Positions 55,825-57,402 of a stretch of 57,402 bases of DNA are shown here, piece after piece. Position numbers and translations under genes: made by a program. The notes beneath the pieces are model-generated. The model saw nothing but the letters and a program-made list of their open reading frames with translations, had not been told where the DNA came from and searched no databases. This DNA comes from a virus (taxonomy: Duplodnaviria; Caudoviricetes), in the IMG/VR virus record IMGVR_UViG_3300045744_000033, positions 1 to 57,402 of that record; one strand, written 5' to 3'. The first letter of the stretch is position 1; every line of letters starts with the position of its first letter.

Positions 55825-56463
55825 ATGTGCCTCTCCTGCGGCTGCGGCCGCCCGGGCGACGCCCACGAGGACCCGCGCAACATCACCCTGCTCGTGCTCC
55901 AGGGCGCCGCCGACGCGGCCGGCATCACCGCGGCCCAGGCGGCCGCCAACATCGTCACCACGCTTCGCGGCGACGTCCGGCCGGGACCGATGGAGAAGGC
56001 GCTCGAGGACGAGCCGGCCGACAGCGCGTGGTCGCTGGTGATCAAGGCTCAGGAGGAGCGCCGGTACACCCTCGGATTGGCCTGGCCAGCGCTCAGGGCC
56101 GACGTAGGGAAGGCGGTCGACGGGCGCCGCGACATCGCGCGTCCTGAAGTCGTCGAGCGGACGGCCTGGGCCTGGATGGCGAAGTCGCGCCAGGTCGGCC
56201 TCCTGCACGCCGATGGAACCGAAGGCCACGGAACCGTGGTCGAGAGCTACATCTACCGCGGTCCCGACTGGACGATCACGGCTGTCGACGGATCCGAGCA
56301 GCTGATCAAGTCCGGCCACTGGCTCGCCGGCGTGATCTGGGACGAGGTCGCGTGGGGTCTCGTCAAGAAGGGCTTCATCGAAGGCTTCAGCCCGCAGGGT
56401 CGGGCGCGCCGCCGACCCGCCTCCGCTGACCTCATCAAGGCGTCCCAGGAGTTGAGAGCATGA
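55825..56463 (+). CDS. XkdF-like prohead serine protease
   Basis: VGLLH, VVESYI, G.WLAG, W..VKKG.I.GFSPQG. Confidence 0.8.
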   Translation: MCLSCGCGRPGDAHEDPRNITLLVLQGAADAAGITAAQAAANIVTTLRGDVRPGPMEKALEDEPADSAWSLVIKAQEERRYTLGLAWPALRADVGKAVDGRRDIARPEVVERTAWAWMAKSRQVGLLHADGTEGHGTVVESYIYRGPDWTITAVDGSEQLIKSGHWLAGVIWDEVAWGLVKKGFIEGFSPQGRARRRPASADLIKASQELRA

Positions 56464-57402
56464 GCACAGCCGCTGCCACCCCCGAGGGCGGGGACCTCAC
56501 CGAGATCATCGAGTCCGAGGTCGCCAGACTCGACGGCGTTCGGGGCCCCGCCAACGGGACGCCCTTCCTCCTCATGAAGTCGCTGGACGGCACCGGCGAG
56601 GCGGTCGACGTCGACGAGATCCTGGCCAAGGCCGCGATGTCGACCAAGGACATCAACGACCTTCCCGACTCGGACTTCGCCTACGTCGAGCCCGGCGGCA
56701 AGAAGGACGACGAGGGGAAGACGACCCCGCGGTCGAAGCGCCACTACCCCATCCACGACGAGGCCCACGTCCGCAACGCGCTCTCGCGCGCCGCGGCGCA
56801 GATCGATGAGGGCGGCGACGGGGCGGCGATCGCGAAGAAGGCGCTGCCGAAGATCAAGGCCGCCGCCAAGAAGCTCGGCATCGGCGACGACGACGAGGAC
56901 ATGAAGAAGGCGGTCCTCCTCGGCGACGCCGTCCTGGTCGAGGAGGGGCCCGCCGACGACTACCACATGACCCCGCTCTTCAACGAGGACGGAAGCGTGG
57001 AGCTCGCCGGCGACGAGGCCGTCCACAACGAGGCGCTGAACCAGGTCATCAGCGGCCTGAAGCAGCTGCAGCAGCAGGAGATCGCCGAGAAGCGCGAGGA
57101 CTCCACGCGCGACGTCGACCGCCTCAACGACGTGCTCAAGCTCGTCTACGACTGGGCAGCCGGCGAGCAGTTCGAGGGTCAGGACGACCTCTATCGGGAG
57201 GCCTACGAGGCAGTCACCAAGAGCACGATCGAGGGCCGGCGCTCGGTCCTCCAGTCCGTCATCACCAACCTCAGCAAGGAGGCCCGCATGCAGCCCGAGA
57301 CCCCTGCCACCCCGGAAGAGCCCATCCAGAAGGCCCTCGAGGCCGGCACCGTCGACGAGGCCCAGAGCTCGCCGCCGCCCGCAGGGAGCGAGCGCGCGGA
57401 CG
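56460..57402 (+). CDS. N-terminal part of the scaffold-like head protein (DUF6582-like domain); continues at 1-576
   Basis: PAN..PFLLMKS; LPDSDFAY...RHYPIHDEAHVRNAL; open to the window end. Confidence 0.75.
   Translation, partial: MSTAAATPEGGDLTEIIESEVARLDGVRGPANGTPFLLMKSLDGTGEAVDVDEILAKAAMSTKDINDLPDSDFAYVEPGGKKDDEGKTTPRSKRHYPIHDEAHVRNALSRAAAQIDEGGDGAAIAKKALPKIKAAAKKLGIGDDDEDMKKAVLLGDAVLVEEGPADDYHMTPLFNEDGSVELAGDEAVHNEALNQVISGLKQLQQQEIAEKREDSTRDVDRLNDVLKLVYDWAAGEQFEGQDDLYREAYEAVTKSTIEGRRSVLQSVITNLSKEARMQPETPATPEEPIQKALEAGTVDEAQSSPPPAGSERAD
57381..57402. repeat. Terminal direct repeat (circular assembly overlap), copy 2
   Basis: Identical to 1-22; the ORF starting at 56460 continues in frame through the junction. 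Confidence 0.95.

Overview
The window appears to be a complete, circularly permuted genome of a temperate, high-GC siphovirus-like phage (about 57.38 kb). The last 22 nt repeat the first 22 nt, and one gene reads in frame across the junction. Gene order: head genes (terminases, portal-NUDIX-MuF fusion, XkdF-like protease, scaffold, capsid), tail genes, lysis cassette, tRNA/att region, tyrosine integrase, lysogeny control, then a long early/replication region. No spanins are evident, which suggests a monoderm host; the host cannot be named from sequence alone. The most striking feature is a candidate arbitrium/RRNPP-like peptide communication module next to the integrase: a 34-aa secreted pro-peptide (predicted mature peptide DGIPGFP) followed by an XRE-HTH/TPR receptor. 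The same C-terminal octapeptide ADGIPGFP-stop also ends the holin-like membrane protein 3.5 kb away, with only synonymous DNA differences, suggesting an undescribed link between peptide signalling and lysis. Other notable features: a tRNA with Ala identity elements (G3:U70, A73) but a Leu anticodon; a second 105-nt tRNA-like RNA with its own promoter; two different tRNA 3'-half att cores; a palindrome TTTC-N5-GAAA dispersed across the genome; a possible two-subunit sigma factor. All product calls come from motif recognition and synteny, not database searches.
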